From contig MU053504.1 of the NCBI GenBank assembly GCA_013239625.1, positions 1,674,001-1,738,000 on the forward strand: a stretch of DNA of 64,000 bases, in the 5' to 3' direction. Below are positions 25,331 through 36,960 of the stretch, in pieces (within the stretch, counting starts at the first letter, position 1; each line of letters starts with the position of its first letter). The notes below the pieces were generated by a model. It was given only the letters and a program-made list of their open reading frames with translations. It ran no database searches and was not told the DNA's origin. The position numbers and the translations under genes were made by a program. The DNA comes from Lama guanicoe (Eukaryota).

Positions 25331-26915
25331 CTTCTATGCCACTATATTTTCCTAAGTCAGATTATCTGTTCTTTTTCCGTCTTTATCACTGAATCCCTTT
25401 GCTCTGCCCTCCCTATAAATGCTGGTATTCTACTCTTGGTCATCGTCTCCCCTCCCTACCTGCAATGACCTCCTTTCCACCTGTCCCAGGAAACTTCACA
25501 CTTACGGTTCTGCCACCTGACCTCACGCCCACTTGAGACCCCAGCATGGAGCTTTCTCCCGAGAAGCCCGTATCAGCATGACCAGGGCAGATTCGTCTTG
25601 TCTCTTTTCCCCCTTTCAAACACCTTCAGAATTTAAACTTTCCATTCCCCTAGTTTTGGCCCTCACTGTCTCTCACATAAGCTCTTGCACACATCTGTGA
25701 AATATTCTCTCTGAATTATCTCATACAAGCCTATACCTCAACCTAGTTCTATCCTTTTTATTTAAAATTTCTAAAACATGAATCTGTCCAATTACTCCCT
25801 GACTTAGAACACTTTAGAAGCACTCTAGCTTCTGTAAACTGGGGCTCTTTGGCAAGGCCGTAAGGCTTCCGTGACCCAGATACTCTCTCTGTCTCTGGCC
25901 CCACACCCTCTGCCTTCCTTCCACTCTTAACTCTCTCTAGCAATGCCTAACCACTCTAAATTTCCAGACCACACTCACTAAACATTATCTATGTCCCAGG
26001 ACCCATTCTGGACACTGGAGATAAATTCTAGACAAAGTTATTTCAAAGGGCTATCTTCCAACAGGGAAACCAGTAAGTAAAGAATAATTTCTGATACTGC
26101 TGAGGAAAGTGAGGAAAATGAAGCTAAAGCTGACAGAGCACGATCAAAGGCCAATTGGATACTGTTTTACTTAGCATAGATGGGGAAGTGAGTTTAATGA
26201 TGGAAGGGACTGGTTTTGAAACAAATTCTCATTTGACCCCACGACCCCAAGACCTCATAGACCCCAAGTGTTTGAAAAAGTTACCTGTATTAACTTACTT
26301 ACATATATTCAGTCTTCTTATGCTTGTGGCTCTAATACAACCAAAGCTGAAGCCCACTAGACTTCCTATTATGGGAAGTAATACACCTCCTTCTCATCTG
26401 AGCTACTAGCCATGAAAACCATTCTGCCTGATCATCAAATTTGGGAACCACTGGCCCAAAAGGTACTCATATAATTCTACTCTTCTAGGTCCACTTTAGG
26501 AAGAAAATATTCTTGGGGCTTTGGTCAGGGGGAGGGGCGAGGGTAAGTTATGAAAGAGAAGTAGAAATGCAGAAGAGGGGGCTAAGAGGAATATATTACG
26601 CTAATTCTCAAATGGCTCTTTAAAAAAGGAAGAACCAGCAACTAAGGATAACCAATCAAATCTAAGAGACAATGAGAAGGACTTAATTTCAAAGAGTATG
26701 AAAAAAACATGCAGGGGGGAAAAACTGAAATATAAGTGAAGTTGTAAAGATTCTTATCTTAAAACAAAGTATATGAAAACCATTTTTTAAAAATGGACTT
26801 TAGACAATTCCTGACTACACTTTTATCCTAAAAATTCAAAATAACTATGAGGCAAGGCCAGTAAAGAGAGAGAAAATGAGACTGGAATTACTTGATCATA
26901 AGACATTTTAAGATG

Positions 26916-27051
26916 TTTATTATTTATCTGCACAAATTAGCAGCACCTTATACAACTGGACTAGGTTATAATTAATTCACAGTAACATACACTAGCTTCT
27001 ATCTGCCACAGACAAGAACACAACTAAGTCTCCTCAACAGATGATTTTATT
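26916..27051 (-). terminator. FASTKD5: Two FASTKD5 polyadenylation signals (AATAAA at 27046-27051 and 26916-26921)
   Basis: tttatt hexamers about 95 and 225 nt past the stop codon. Confidence 0.7.
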
Positions 27052-27146
27052 AGCAAACCTACATTCTGGCTTTTATAACTGTTTCGCAGCACCTGGCACA
27101 GTGCACATCCACAGCACTTATGAGTAGAACTGGACCTGAAGGCTCT

Positions 27147-29438
27147 TCAGAGAGCAGAGGTGAACACTTTCTCATGAAGGAACGCCAGCTTTTCAAAGCG
27201 AGTCCGTTTCAGTAGTGGTAGCCATTCCCAGTGGGATAACTCCACCACACGGTACCCAAGCTGATTCAGCTGTCGCCTCTTCATATTGTGCAGCCCAAGC
27301 AGATTCCTGGAACCATAGCAATACTGGTTCTTGTTTGTCAACTGAATAGCCAGCTTCACTTGTGGGGCCTGCATGCAAGCTGGGGGGCACAGATCAGCCA
27401 TCTCCATGGCCCCCAATCTGTGTGCCACATTGCAAAGGGGGTCCGCCACAGGTATGGCCATCTTCTCCTCTGATTTCATGGGCTGCCGCCCAGTGTCTGA
27501 CACAGTTTCCCCCTGGAAATGTCCTCTTGATTTCCCTTTTAGTAGCTGATTCATCAAATCATCTGTAAGGCTGACTCCCACATGCTTAAGCCTTAATTTG
27601 GTCTCATCTTCAACAGATGTAGCTTCTCTGTTAAACGGTAATGGCTTCATATTAACATCAAGCTGAACCTCTAAATCAGAAGATCGAGTATGAGGCAAAA
27701 TCATATGGTGTTTGACGTACTGGGGCCCACCCAACATGGTCTCAAGTAAAAAGAGAGCCTCTAGGAATTCAGGCTTTGAGTCCATATCCTTCCTTGCTAA
27801 ATTCCACACCATTTCCAACCCCTCTTGCTGAAGATGAGAGCTAAGACGATTGCCTCTGTAATCTGGACATTCAATGCCAACTGTACCATCAAGAGTATAT
27901 AGCTCCTTAGTGACTTCAAACTTACTTTTCTCCTGAGCCAACTTGACAAACTCTGGACTCAAAGCAAAATCTATGAGGTCTGCTGGAAAGTACTCAGAAA
28001 ATGCCAGGCCCAGCAGGCATGTGAGCAGGTGTTCTGGGTATCGATTGAACTCAGGCATCTTTCTGTGAATCTCATTTATCAGGCTAGAATAAAACTCTTC
28101 TGTATTGGGTGGCTTGTAATTCAGAGTTCCAAATGACCACAGAATCTTGGCAACATCTTTACTTCGACAGTATGCTACCCTAGGAGGCAAAGACGCAGCC
28201 ACAGCATTCATTATGCCTTCATCCAGGATGTGTAAGGCCGAGCAGGCAAGAGTCAGGTGCATGACACCCTGAACTCCCAGGGAAGGAATTCGCTGAGGAG
28301 CAATCTGTCCAAATTGCTTCATGAAATTTACGTGATCCACATGAGTGAAACGGAACATTTTAAGAATATTCACTAAGGCATAACTACTCAGATCATGCAT
28401 GTCAGCACAAGCCAAGTCTCCAATTTTCCGCATGACAAATTCAGAAAGACCACTACTTGATTTAAAAAATCCCAAACAAATTGTACCAAACTCCTCTATA
28501 TTGATCAAATCTATATACTTGAGGATCAATGATTCTAGTTTTTGCATTAGGTCCTGGGGTACCTGACGACTTTCACCTATAATGTAAATTAAGTGAATCA
28601 GCTGGGACAAGGATAGATCTTTCCAGTGCAAGTTCAGATAACTGAAAAAGATTTTTAAAAAACGAGGTACTCTGCGGCCCAAGCACCGCCAGAGGTCAGC
28701 CACCAAGAGAAGTTGATCCAGACTCATCTCCCACACCTTATGGCAAAATTTGGTTTCAAACACATCTAGCATTGAATGGGAATGAGGGATTCGTAAACTG
28801 ACAAAGGCTTTCAAAATACTGATCAGACCTGGGGCATCAAAGAGCTGTATGTTTTTCACACTCAGCTGGCAGAGCAGAGCAAAGCTGACACTGGACAGCA
28901 AAACAGGATGCTGCTCTGCAGGCAAAGAACTCAGCTTACAGAAATAATCAACAATAGTTTGAGGCTGAAGATTATCTTGATAAACTGTAACTTTGTGCAA
29001 AATTAATTCACCTTCTGAAACAGACAGGGGCTGGCAAGTCTCAGATCTATTATAGCTGTGAAGCTGGTATTCTGGTCTTAGCTGTAGAAAAACTCGGGGA
29101 TCTTCAAAGGAATCAAAAGCTTCCACATCCTCTTCATTAACTCTCATGGCCCTGGGTAATCCTGGCTTCAATGTGCTGACCTTAGAGGCAGAAGCCCTGC
29201 TGAATTCCAAACCCAGGAAGGTACTCCTAGTCGCCAGGATCCTCCAAGAAGTGGAGGTGTTATAAATATTAACTTTTTTGGCAGGATGGCAGAGGCTCTT
29301 TTCTGGAAGGTCCTGTCTCTTGTGCCATGTGCAGCTTCCCATACTCCAACATGCCACACTTCGGGTCGCACTGCAGGCAAAAGGTCTGCAAAATGCTTGA
29401 TATCCTAAAGGTTTTAATAGCTTGAGATTGGCTGCCAT
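27147..29438 (-). CDS. FASTKD5: FASTKD5, mitochondrial RNA-processing FAST/RAP-domain protein (763 aa from MAANLK; ORF stays open upstream to ATG 29591, 814 aa)
   Basis: Intronless ORF with FASTKD5-type helical repeats (SKDVAKILWSFGTLNY) and C-terminal RAP domain (LLGLHNMKRRQLNQLGYRVVELSHWEW...KVFTSAL). Acceptor ccctttttttcag|TATC at 29629-29630, 190 nt before the start. Nested in UBOX5 intron 1. Confidence 0.97.
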   Translation of the reverse strand: MAANLKLLKPLGYQAFCRPFACSATRSVACWSMGSCTWHKRQDLPEKSLCHPAKKVNIYNTSTSWRILATRSTFLGLEFSRASASKVSTLKPGLPRAMRVNEEDVEAFDSFEDPRVFLQLRPEYQLHSYNRSETCQPLSVSEGELILHKVTVYQDNLQPQTIVDYFCKLSSLPAEQHPVLLSSVSFALLCQLSVKNIQLFDAPGLISILKAFVSLRIPHSHSMLDVFETKFCHKVWEMSLDQLLLVADLWRCLGRRVPRFLKIFFSYLNLHWKDLSLSQLIHLIYIIGESRQVPQDLMQKLESLILKYIDLINIEEFGTICLGFFKSSSGLSEFVMRKIGDLACADMHDLSSYALVNILKMFRFTHVDHVNFMKQFGQIAPQRIPSLGVQGVMHLTLACSALHILDEGIMNAVAASLPPRVAYCRSKDVAKILWSFGTLNYKPPNTEEFYSSLINEIHRKMPEFNRYPEHLLTCLLGLAFSEYFPADLIDFALSPEFVKLAQEKSKFEVTKELYTLDGTVGIECPDYRGNRLSSHLQQEGLEMVWNLARKDMDSKPEFLEALFLLETMLGGPQYVKHHMILPHTRSSDLEVQLDVNMKPLPFNREATSVEDETKLRLKHVGVSLTDDLMNQLLKGKSRGHFQGETVSDTGRQPMKSEEKMAIPVADPLCNVAHRLGAMEMADLCPPACMQAPQVKLAIQLTNKNQYCYGSRNLLGLHNMKRRQLNQLGYRVVELSHWEWLPLLKRTRFEKLAFLHEKVFTSAL

Positions 29439-30627
29439 TCTGGTGTCAGTATTGATCATTTTAGCAGTTAGAACACAGTCCTCACAGGTTTGATCAAGCA
29501 ATTTCTTGTTTATATGGTGCTTGATTAGAGCTGGACAGGAAGGCATTCCACAGAAACTCCCTGGAAATCTTCGGCATATCACAAGAGCCATGGATCACAA
29601 ATGACTGGGCCAGAATTGGTGCCAGATACTGAAAAAAGGGTAGACGAAGAATAAGTGGCTTCCACCTATTACAATACCAAAATTTACACATTAAGAATGG
29701 ATTAAAACTACACTGCTGTCCACTTAAGTAAGTTCAATGCCAGTGAATGTGCAAACCACAAGATAGCATACATCAAGGATAAACCCCATCTGCCTTGCAT
29801 AAAGGCACAGAAAACCTCAAACCTGGGGTACTACCGGGCAGTTCTTTGGACTGGTCCTCAGTCTGAATTTCCTCTGTCCTCTGGAGACTTCCTTTATGGT
29901 TAGAAAAGAGACAGTTGCTCCACTAACATCTAACAAGAAGGAGGAAAGCAGGTTTCCAAAAAGAAAGCTGCAAACAAAAGTGAGCAACCTATTCCATCTC
30001 TTTGAAATCAACACATAAAGAGCACACTTGGAGAATAAGAAAGTTGGTAAAAGCTCCGTGCTAACAGCCAAAGTAAAAAGTGGGATTTGGTGTAAAGTTT
30101 AACTAATTATACCCACAATAGCCCTCCCTATTCCTAAAATACAAAACTTGTGATTACAGAGTTTTGTTGTTCTAATGCTGCTCCTGTACCTTTCAGAAGA
30201 TGCCTTTTCTCCTCTCCAGGCCTCTAAGAGTCCGAATCACTACTGCAGAGTAGTCATGCACTTCGGAAGTTAACTCAAAAACTCACTCATTTTGGTAGCG
30301 GAGGGCAGAAGGCATAGGACCTGTTCACTGTCAATTCACTGGTGGGAATCAAAGAGCACCTCAAAAACTAAGCTCAGGGAGTACCAATTCATGCGACTGC
30401 CCTGCTGGCAAACCAGGGTACAGCAGCATAGCTTTCCTCTGGAGGAGGCGGATTAGCAATGCGTCCAGTCAATCAATCAGGTGTTGACTATCCTGCCTGT
30501 GAGCAGCACAAGTCCCATTTTTGTCCCACGGTAGAAACCATGAGAGGCTATGGAAATGACTCTGCTGTACTCCTGCTTTCTCCAAATGTTTACTGTCTTT
30601 CCTTCTCCTTGAGAAATGCCAAAGACT

Positions 30628-30734
30628 GTGCTCGCTTTGGCAGCACATATACTAAAATTGGAACAACACAGAGAAGATTAGCATGGCCTCTGTGCAAGGA
30701 TGACATGCAAATGTGCGAAATGTTGCATGTTTTT
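30628..30734 (+). pseudogene. Retroposed U6 snRNA pseudogene
   Basis: Full-length U6 match (GTGCTCGCTT..ACAGAGAAGATTAGCATGG..TTTT) with about 13 substitutions, several at CpG. Flanked by direct repeats AGAAATGCCAAAGACT (30612-30627) and AGAAATGGCAAAGCCT (30756-30771). No upstream TATA box. Confidence 0.93.
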
Positions 30735-31140
30735 TAATAAAAACTGTCCAAACAAAGAAATGGCAAAGCCTGACAAGCAAAACCCAGGGAGCCCTAAGCT
30801 TCCAAGACATGGACTAGACAGGGCTCCTGCTGCAGAAAAGCCCATGAGGGCTCTGAGGGTACCAGGATGACTTTGTGAAATGCCTAACCAACTCCCCTAT
30901 CAATCTCTTCCTTCCAAGCCCACAGCATAAGAACTAGGGGACTATAGGGCAGGCCAGTGGCATTTTTCGGGCAGCCCAGCTACACAGGTTTCTGTGGATG
31001 GCAGGAATGTATGTTCTAATTTCTCTGTGAACCAGAGTAGAATTCTTTCATACCAAATCTTTATACATTTGATTCTTTACTGTGGCCTGTGGACCATTCT
31101 GCCTACCAAGTTTCAACCTGTGGGTCCAGATGCTATAGAT

Positions 31141-31328
31141 TAGGTGTCTGCAAACTATGGCCCAGAGCCTAAACCTAAGTTTTATCGGAACATAGCCAGG
31201 CCATTAGTTAAATACTGTCTATGGCTACTTTCTTGTTACTAGAGCAGAACTGAGTAATTGGCAGAGAATATATGGCCTTCAAAGCATAAAATATTTACTA
31301 TCTGGCCCTTTAAAGAGTAAGTCTGCTA
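31141..31328 (+). mobile_element. MER58A-like hAT MITE
   Basis: GCAAACTATGGCCC...TGTCTATGGCTACTTT...AAAATATTTACTATCTGGCCCTTTA. Confidence 0.75.
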
Positions 31329-32204
31329 TAGACTATTAGCTTACTTCTATGAATGCAGATGGTCAGCTTTTTAAAAATTAGAAAACATCAGGAAAACAGT
31401 ACTGTAATTATTTTTTCTTTAATATTTAGATGATAATCAAAGATTTATGCCTGAAAACAGTCATGAGGGATCTCAATTAATATTGCAGCACAGGCATGGT
31501 GGGAACCAAGGAGAGAGCAAGTAATGGAACTCTTCAGCTGACAGAACAGGGCTTTTAAGGGTACCAAGCTGGAACCCGGAATTGGAACCTGGAATCTAAA
31601 TTTAGTCCCCCACAATATACAACTAAAGCAATTGTTTAAAGTCCTTCATCTCATCTTGGGAACTAGATCTGAAAAAATAACTTTTAAAAAAAGACAAAAT
31701 ACTTTTTTACAATAGCAAAAAATTGAAAATAACCAAATGTCCATCTAGAGGGAGGAGGCTGGTTTACAGAATAAGTGTGTGTCAGGCATCAACACATGGA
31801 AAGCACATACAAATACTCAGTGGAACAAACAGAACACAAGTGCCATCACTTAAAATACACTTACATAAAAAGAAAATAACTATACAGCTTCCTTGTTGGG
31901 AGACTTCCTGCTAAACCTCTGATAAATTAACTTTTTTCTCCTTTTTATTGGGGTTAAAACTGTTAAACAGAAGAGTGTATGGATTAATTTAACAAAAACT
32001 TTTATAAATAATTTAAAAAGCATACTAAATAATTTAAATTACTTCAATTAATACTACCTAAGAGTACTTAATGAGATTACTGTACATGGTCCAAAAATGA
32101 AAAACAGAACCATTTCCTGGAACATCAAAGTTTGACTGGCGTATATCCAGTGTTTTGAATTGATGTGGCTCTTTTTGATTTGCAAAAATACAGTCTAAGT
32201 CCCA

Positions 32205-32349
32205 GGGGGAGGGTATAGCTCAGTGGTAGAGTGTGTGCTTAGCACACACAAAGTCCTGGGTTCAATTCTCAGTACTTCCCTTAAAATAAGTAAATAAATG
32301 AATAAACCTAATTACCTCCCCCTCACAAAGAAAAACAAACAAACAAACA
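32205..32349 (+). mobile_element. tRNA-derived SINE (camelid vic-1-like)
   Basis: GGGGAGGGTATAGCTCAGTGGTAGAG (A box)...GGGTTCAATTC (B box), AACCTAATTACC tail and A-rich end. 21-bp TSD at 32184-32204 and 32350-32370. Confidence 0.88.
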
Positions 32350-33702
32350 AAAAATACACGCTAAGTCTCAAGATGGAAATAACAGGAGCTACAACTGTCT
32401 TAGGGCCTCCTCTGTGCCAAGCCTTGAATGAGCTGTTTTATCTGCATCAGTTCCAATCCTTACAACCTTTTTGTAAGGTAGGCTTTATTATCTCCAAATT
32501 GTTAACAAGGAAAAAGAGACTTTACAAGATTAAGAAACCCGCTGAAGATTACACAGCCAAGGGACAGAATGGTGTTTGACATCAAAGATTATCTGATTCC
32601 AAAACCCACATTGCTAGTGTACTGGAGAGACAAAAAAGAGTCAGATTCCAGACAGGGGGATGGGGAGGACCCTGAACAATCTATAGGGTTTCTAGGTGCC
32701 AGGAAGGCTGGAGGGTTAAAACAGGTGAGCTCAAAAGCCCCTCATACCTCTGACAGTGTAGAATCCTAGCTATCACTATGGTTAGTACATACTACTTACG
32801 AGAAGAATCAAAGGAAGACCTCAAAGACCAACGTTTACCTACATGAAGGAATGAGGTTACAAGATGCCATCGTATTTAGGTAAAGAGAACTATCATAATT
32901 GAAGGTTAGCAGAAGAGATACGTGATCTGAAATTTAGTTCAACATAGAAGAGAAGTAAAAGGAAATCCCACGATAATGATAAAGGAAGATGCCAGGACTA
33001 CAGCTGTGAGCAGATGTAAAGAGCAACTAGCTCATGCTGGAAGGGATGGATATTACCTAGCAGAGAAGATTTACATTTCTGATGTTTAATCTGAGGACGA
33101 ACAAGTAATAGAGACAGAAAACCAAGCCAATAACAACAGTAACAAAAATTATTAACTCCAGAGAAAACAAAAAAGTTGTACAAGAGAGAAAATGTCATCA
33201 TTTTACACTTTCTGTTCAGCTATAAATAATACTTACATAATCTTATCAATATAAACTTTGAATATCAGCCTATCCAAAAACTATAAGCAAACTATATTGG
33301 GAGGATGAAGGGAGGAGCAGTGGGGTAGGGGGAGACACAGTAATGATACAAGAGACCTAGAGCATCAAAGCTCATAACAAAGAAACCAAAAGATTTCACA
33401 GACATAGATAAACTCTAGAAATCAAGAAACAGCAACACAAACATGCTATTTACAAATACACCAATGACTGCCAAAAGGAACAGACAAATAGCTGAAAAGT
33501 GCCTCTGTGTAACAAAAATGGAGGGAGAAAAGAAAGGGAATTAAATTCAGTGTTATAAGATCTGTCAAACTATTTAACTATGTAAACCATGTACTTGTGT
33601 AACTTAAAAAAATTTACAAAATGCATATTCTAACAGGAAATTAAGATATTCTTCAAGAAGACAATAAGTGAACAGAGAAAGCAACCTAAATAGTCAAGGA
33701 TA

Positions 33703-33851
33703 GAAGGGTGGGGAAGAGTTCAGTGGCAGAGCAGGAGCTTAGCATGCATGAGGTCCTGGGTTCAATCCTCAGTACCTCCATCGAAAAACTAACTAACTAA
33801 ATTTAATTATCTTTCCTGGCAAAGAAAAATAAATAAAATATTAAAAATTAA
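33703..33851 (+). mobile_element. tRNA-derived SINE (vic-1-like, more diverged)
   Basis: GTTCAGTGGCAGAG...GGTCCTGGGTTCAATCCTCAGTACCTCC plus A-rich tail. TSD TAAATAGTCAAGGA / TAAATACTCAAGGA. Confidence 0.85.
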
Positions 33852-36289
33852 TAAATACTCAAGGAAAATGTTGAACAGTTATTCCTAGTGCAAGTACTTC
33901 CTACTGTCTGTAGAACTTCTTCATGGATGCCCAGTAACAGAAATGATGACAAAACAAAGAATCTTAGAGCCATGCAGAGCCAAACTGCAAATGGCAAACA
34001 GTAGCTACTCACTTTTTCACCATGCAACTTTTAGAATAACTGTATAGGCACCAGACCTTACATATATAGGTCTGAAATATAACCACTTCAGAAGCTGGGT
34101 CTTGAGTACTGTGCAGAGGAAAGGGAAGAAACACAAGGTAAATACAGAACCAATAAAGCAGAAGATTGGGGGAAAAGGCACTACAAACGAGGGGATCGGG
34201 GTGTTTTGCCCAGATGGAGAGAAACACAGCTGAGAGTTAGTTCTTCCTTACTTAATGACTCCCATAGAATCCATGAGAAAGATGGAAAGAACACTATGAG
34301 ATGCCCAGTTGACAACTCCTGATGCCCTCTCTAAAGGTTCAAAGACATGTGAACATCATTTCATAAAGCTCCTTTCCTAGTTCAAGGCTCCAAGTACACC
34401 CTCCTTCCCATTTCCTCTTTAGGGGTCCTCAAGAACCAAAGTGGAGCCTCAAAGACCACTAGACCATGGCTGTTCTGAAAGGCATTGGCCAAACAACCCT
34501 TGAATGATGTGACTTAGCAAAAGCGAGGAATCTTACCTTTCCACCTTCCAGGTACAGGTTTGAACAAGGCAGAACAGCTTTGTTTTAAACTACAGTCCAG
34601 AAGTTAGAAGAGGGGAGCCAGGCGGAGGAGGCAGCCATGCTAACTGTAGACCAAGTATATGACACTCTCAGCATATTTAATTTACCAGTTAACAGATCTC
34701 ATCCCTTAATTCTGATTTGATTCTTTTGCTGGAAAAATTTAACTCGCTTATGTCCTGATAAAATTGCCACAAATGGATTCTTCAAACCCAATTTTTGCTT
34801 AGCAAATAATGTGTTGAACAGCCCTGAGAATTAAGAAAGCAAAAAACTAACTTTCTCCAGGCCCTGGATGGAGTCTCCTGCTTAGGGTCTACAAAGCTTT
34901 AAAGCCCCTGGTGAAGGCTTAGAGACTGACAGTAAGAACCTTTAGCCATTAACGTGGATGCTAACTGGGCTAGACTCTCCTCTTCTGTGCTTCTGTTTCC
35001 ACAAAGAAGCACAACCTGCAAGAGAGGTACTTGAAGGTAAAGCACTAGTGCAAAGGTGTTTAGGTCAAGATAAGTATCACACACAGAGCTAAGTCAAACC
35101 AAAATCAAGTCTAACAGCCTATCTCATCCACTTCCTTTTACTTTCCACACTTAGGGAGAGAAAAGAGCACATCACAATCATCTGTAAAAGTTTGTTTGTT
35201 TGCTTTTTTTTAGCTTATATAGCTCTCTTCTTCTTCTAACTCTGCTATTCCTCTATCAGAACAGCAAGAAGGGCCTGGGTAGATACAGTCTGAGAAGGCC
35301 CCACAGATGATTCTGTCAGAGCCACTCCTCTTAGAGGGTTTCCTCTGGGTATAAGAGAATAGACACTCATGTCCTCTCAGCCCACCTAAATGGGACTACT
35401 GGAGGGCTGACAAAATCCAGACAGGTAAAGAGAAGTATCTGCACCCACAGTCATGTGAAAAAATTTCCAAATAAACAGTCCATGTATATATCACTGTTAG
35501 CACAACCAAACATTTGGTTTTATTTGCTTTCCTAGATTCACAAGGCCACACAGTATAGTATTTCAGACAAGTGAAGGGGGAATCTCAAAATTCTTTGATA
35601 TCAAATTTGACTTATTTGCATGATGAATGACACGGCCTTGTTGGAAACCAGAAAAAAACTAAACCAATGAATGGGGAAGAAAACCACACTGATAAATTAG
35701 ACCTATGTCACTACCAAAGGCCTCACTTTCTCAGCTGTATCATGCAGCACAGAGTCTTTAGATTTTATCCTGGTCTACCAGGCAGCAGCAAATTCATGCC
35801 AGAGCTTGCCCAAGACCACTTAGAGCAGAGAGCCCTACAATCTAGTTCTGGAAAGGCGACTGTTTTTACTACTCACAAAGTGTGAGCACAGTGCAGAAAA
35901 CATAAATTCAGATTCCAGCAACAATAAATGACTACAGCACAAAACATTAGCCCTTGGCTTCAGCTCCACAGGACAGAGCACTGTCCAAGGGTCTACAGTG
36001 AGTGGGCAATGAAGCATCACCTGAGGAGGCCAATGAACGTTAACTGGTATGAAGAGGGCCCAAAGCTCCCTGAGACAGAAGAGCTGTGTCATGATTTGCA
36101 CGGAAAAAGAAAGAGCAATTATCTTTCTTATCCCTGGAGAGAAAAAAGGGGGAGGGACATCAATAGGACATTTAGGCTTGTGCAACCAGACACTGTAAAA
36201 AAAAAAATTGGGAAAGGGTACATACATATTGTACTGATGTTTACTGAAGACTCAACCTGTCCCAGGTACTAAGCAAAACACCGCAGGAC

Positions 36290-36560
36290 CCTGCTGCTCA
36301 CAGTGTAGCCTGCGGAGCAGCGGCATCAGCCTCACTGGAAGCTAGTGTGAACGCAGAATCTCAGGCCCCAAGCCAGACGTACAGAATCTCCAGACCCCTA
36401 AGTGATTCGCATGCATACTGAAGTGTGATCAGAGGAGCGGCATAATATCTCACTACCTTCTCACCCACAGCACTGTGAGGCAAATAGTTATTATCTTCAT
36501 CTCACAGACGAAAAAATCAATGTTCAGGTAAGCCGCTTGCCCAAGGTCACAAAACTCCGG
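36290..36560. mobile_element. MER5A-like MITE followed by a MIR fragment at the CpG-island edge
   Basis: GCATCAGCCTCAC..GCAGAATCTCAGGCCCC..GTGATTC, then TTCATCTCACAGACG..TTGCCCAAGGTCACA. Confidence 0.6.
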
Positions 36561-36960
36561 GTCGCCGAGGTTCTTCCTAGGGCCGGGTAACCGAGAAAGC
36601 CGCCCACAGCCCAGGCCCGGAAGCGCGGAGCCCGGCCTCGGCTCGCGCCGGCCCGGGGCAGGCCAAGAGGGCGGGAGGCGCGGGCCAAGGCCCAGGATCG
36701 CAGGGAGCGGCTGCCGCAACCCCCTCCCCGGCCGCCGCCACTCACCTGAGCCTGGCGAGCGCGGGCGCCGCAACACCAGACCCCACTCCCGAGAGCTACC
36801 GGGACTTCTCCGGCTACACCCCCGGCCTCACAGCCTCACTTCCGGCCAACTGCTCGCTACTTCCGGCTGCTGCGCGAGTGACGGGTGCGGCCGAGGTTCA
36901 AAAACCGCTATCAGCGTTTTCCAAGGACGTTTTCGACAAGAGGACGTTGCTGAGGAGTTG
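36540..36960. promoter_or_regulatory. CpG-island promoter of UBOX5/FASTKD5 with tandem ETS/GABP motifs
   Basis: Dense CpG. CACTTCCGG at 36837-36845, ACTTCCGG at 36859-36866, CCGGAAG near 36617. No TATA box seen. Confidence 0.85.
36746..36860 (-). other. UBOX5: Shared non-coding first exon of UBOX5/FASTKD5 (5' end approximate)
   Basis: Consensus donor CAG|gtgagt at 36745-36744 inside a CpG island. Matches the known human arrangement of a shared exon 1. Confidence 0.8.

Noticed and set aside
30628-30734. Functional U6 gene
   Set aside because: About 13 substitutions, a TSD directly abutting the 5' end and no upstream promoter elements.
32205-32285. tRNA-like sequences with A and B boxes (also about 33703 and 55309)
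   Set aside because: They have shared non-tRNA tails, A-rich ends and TSDs, so they are SINEs rather than tRNA genes.
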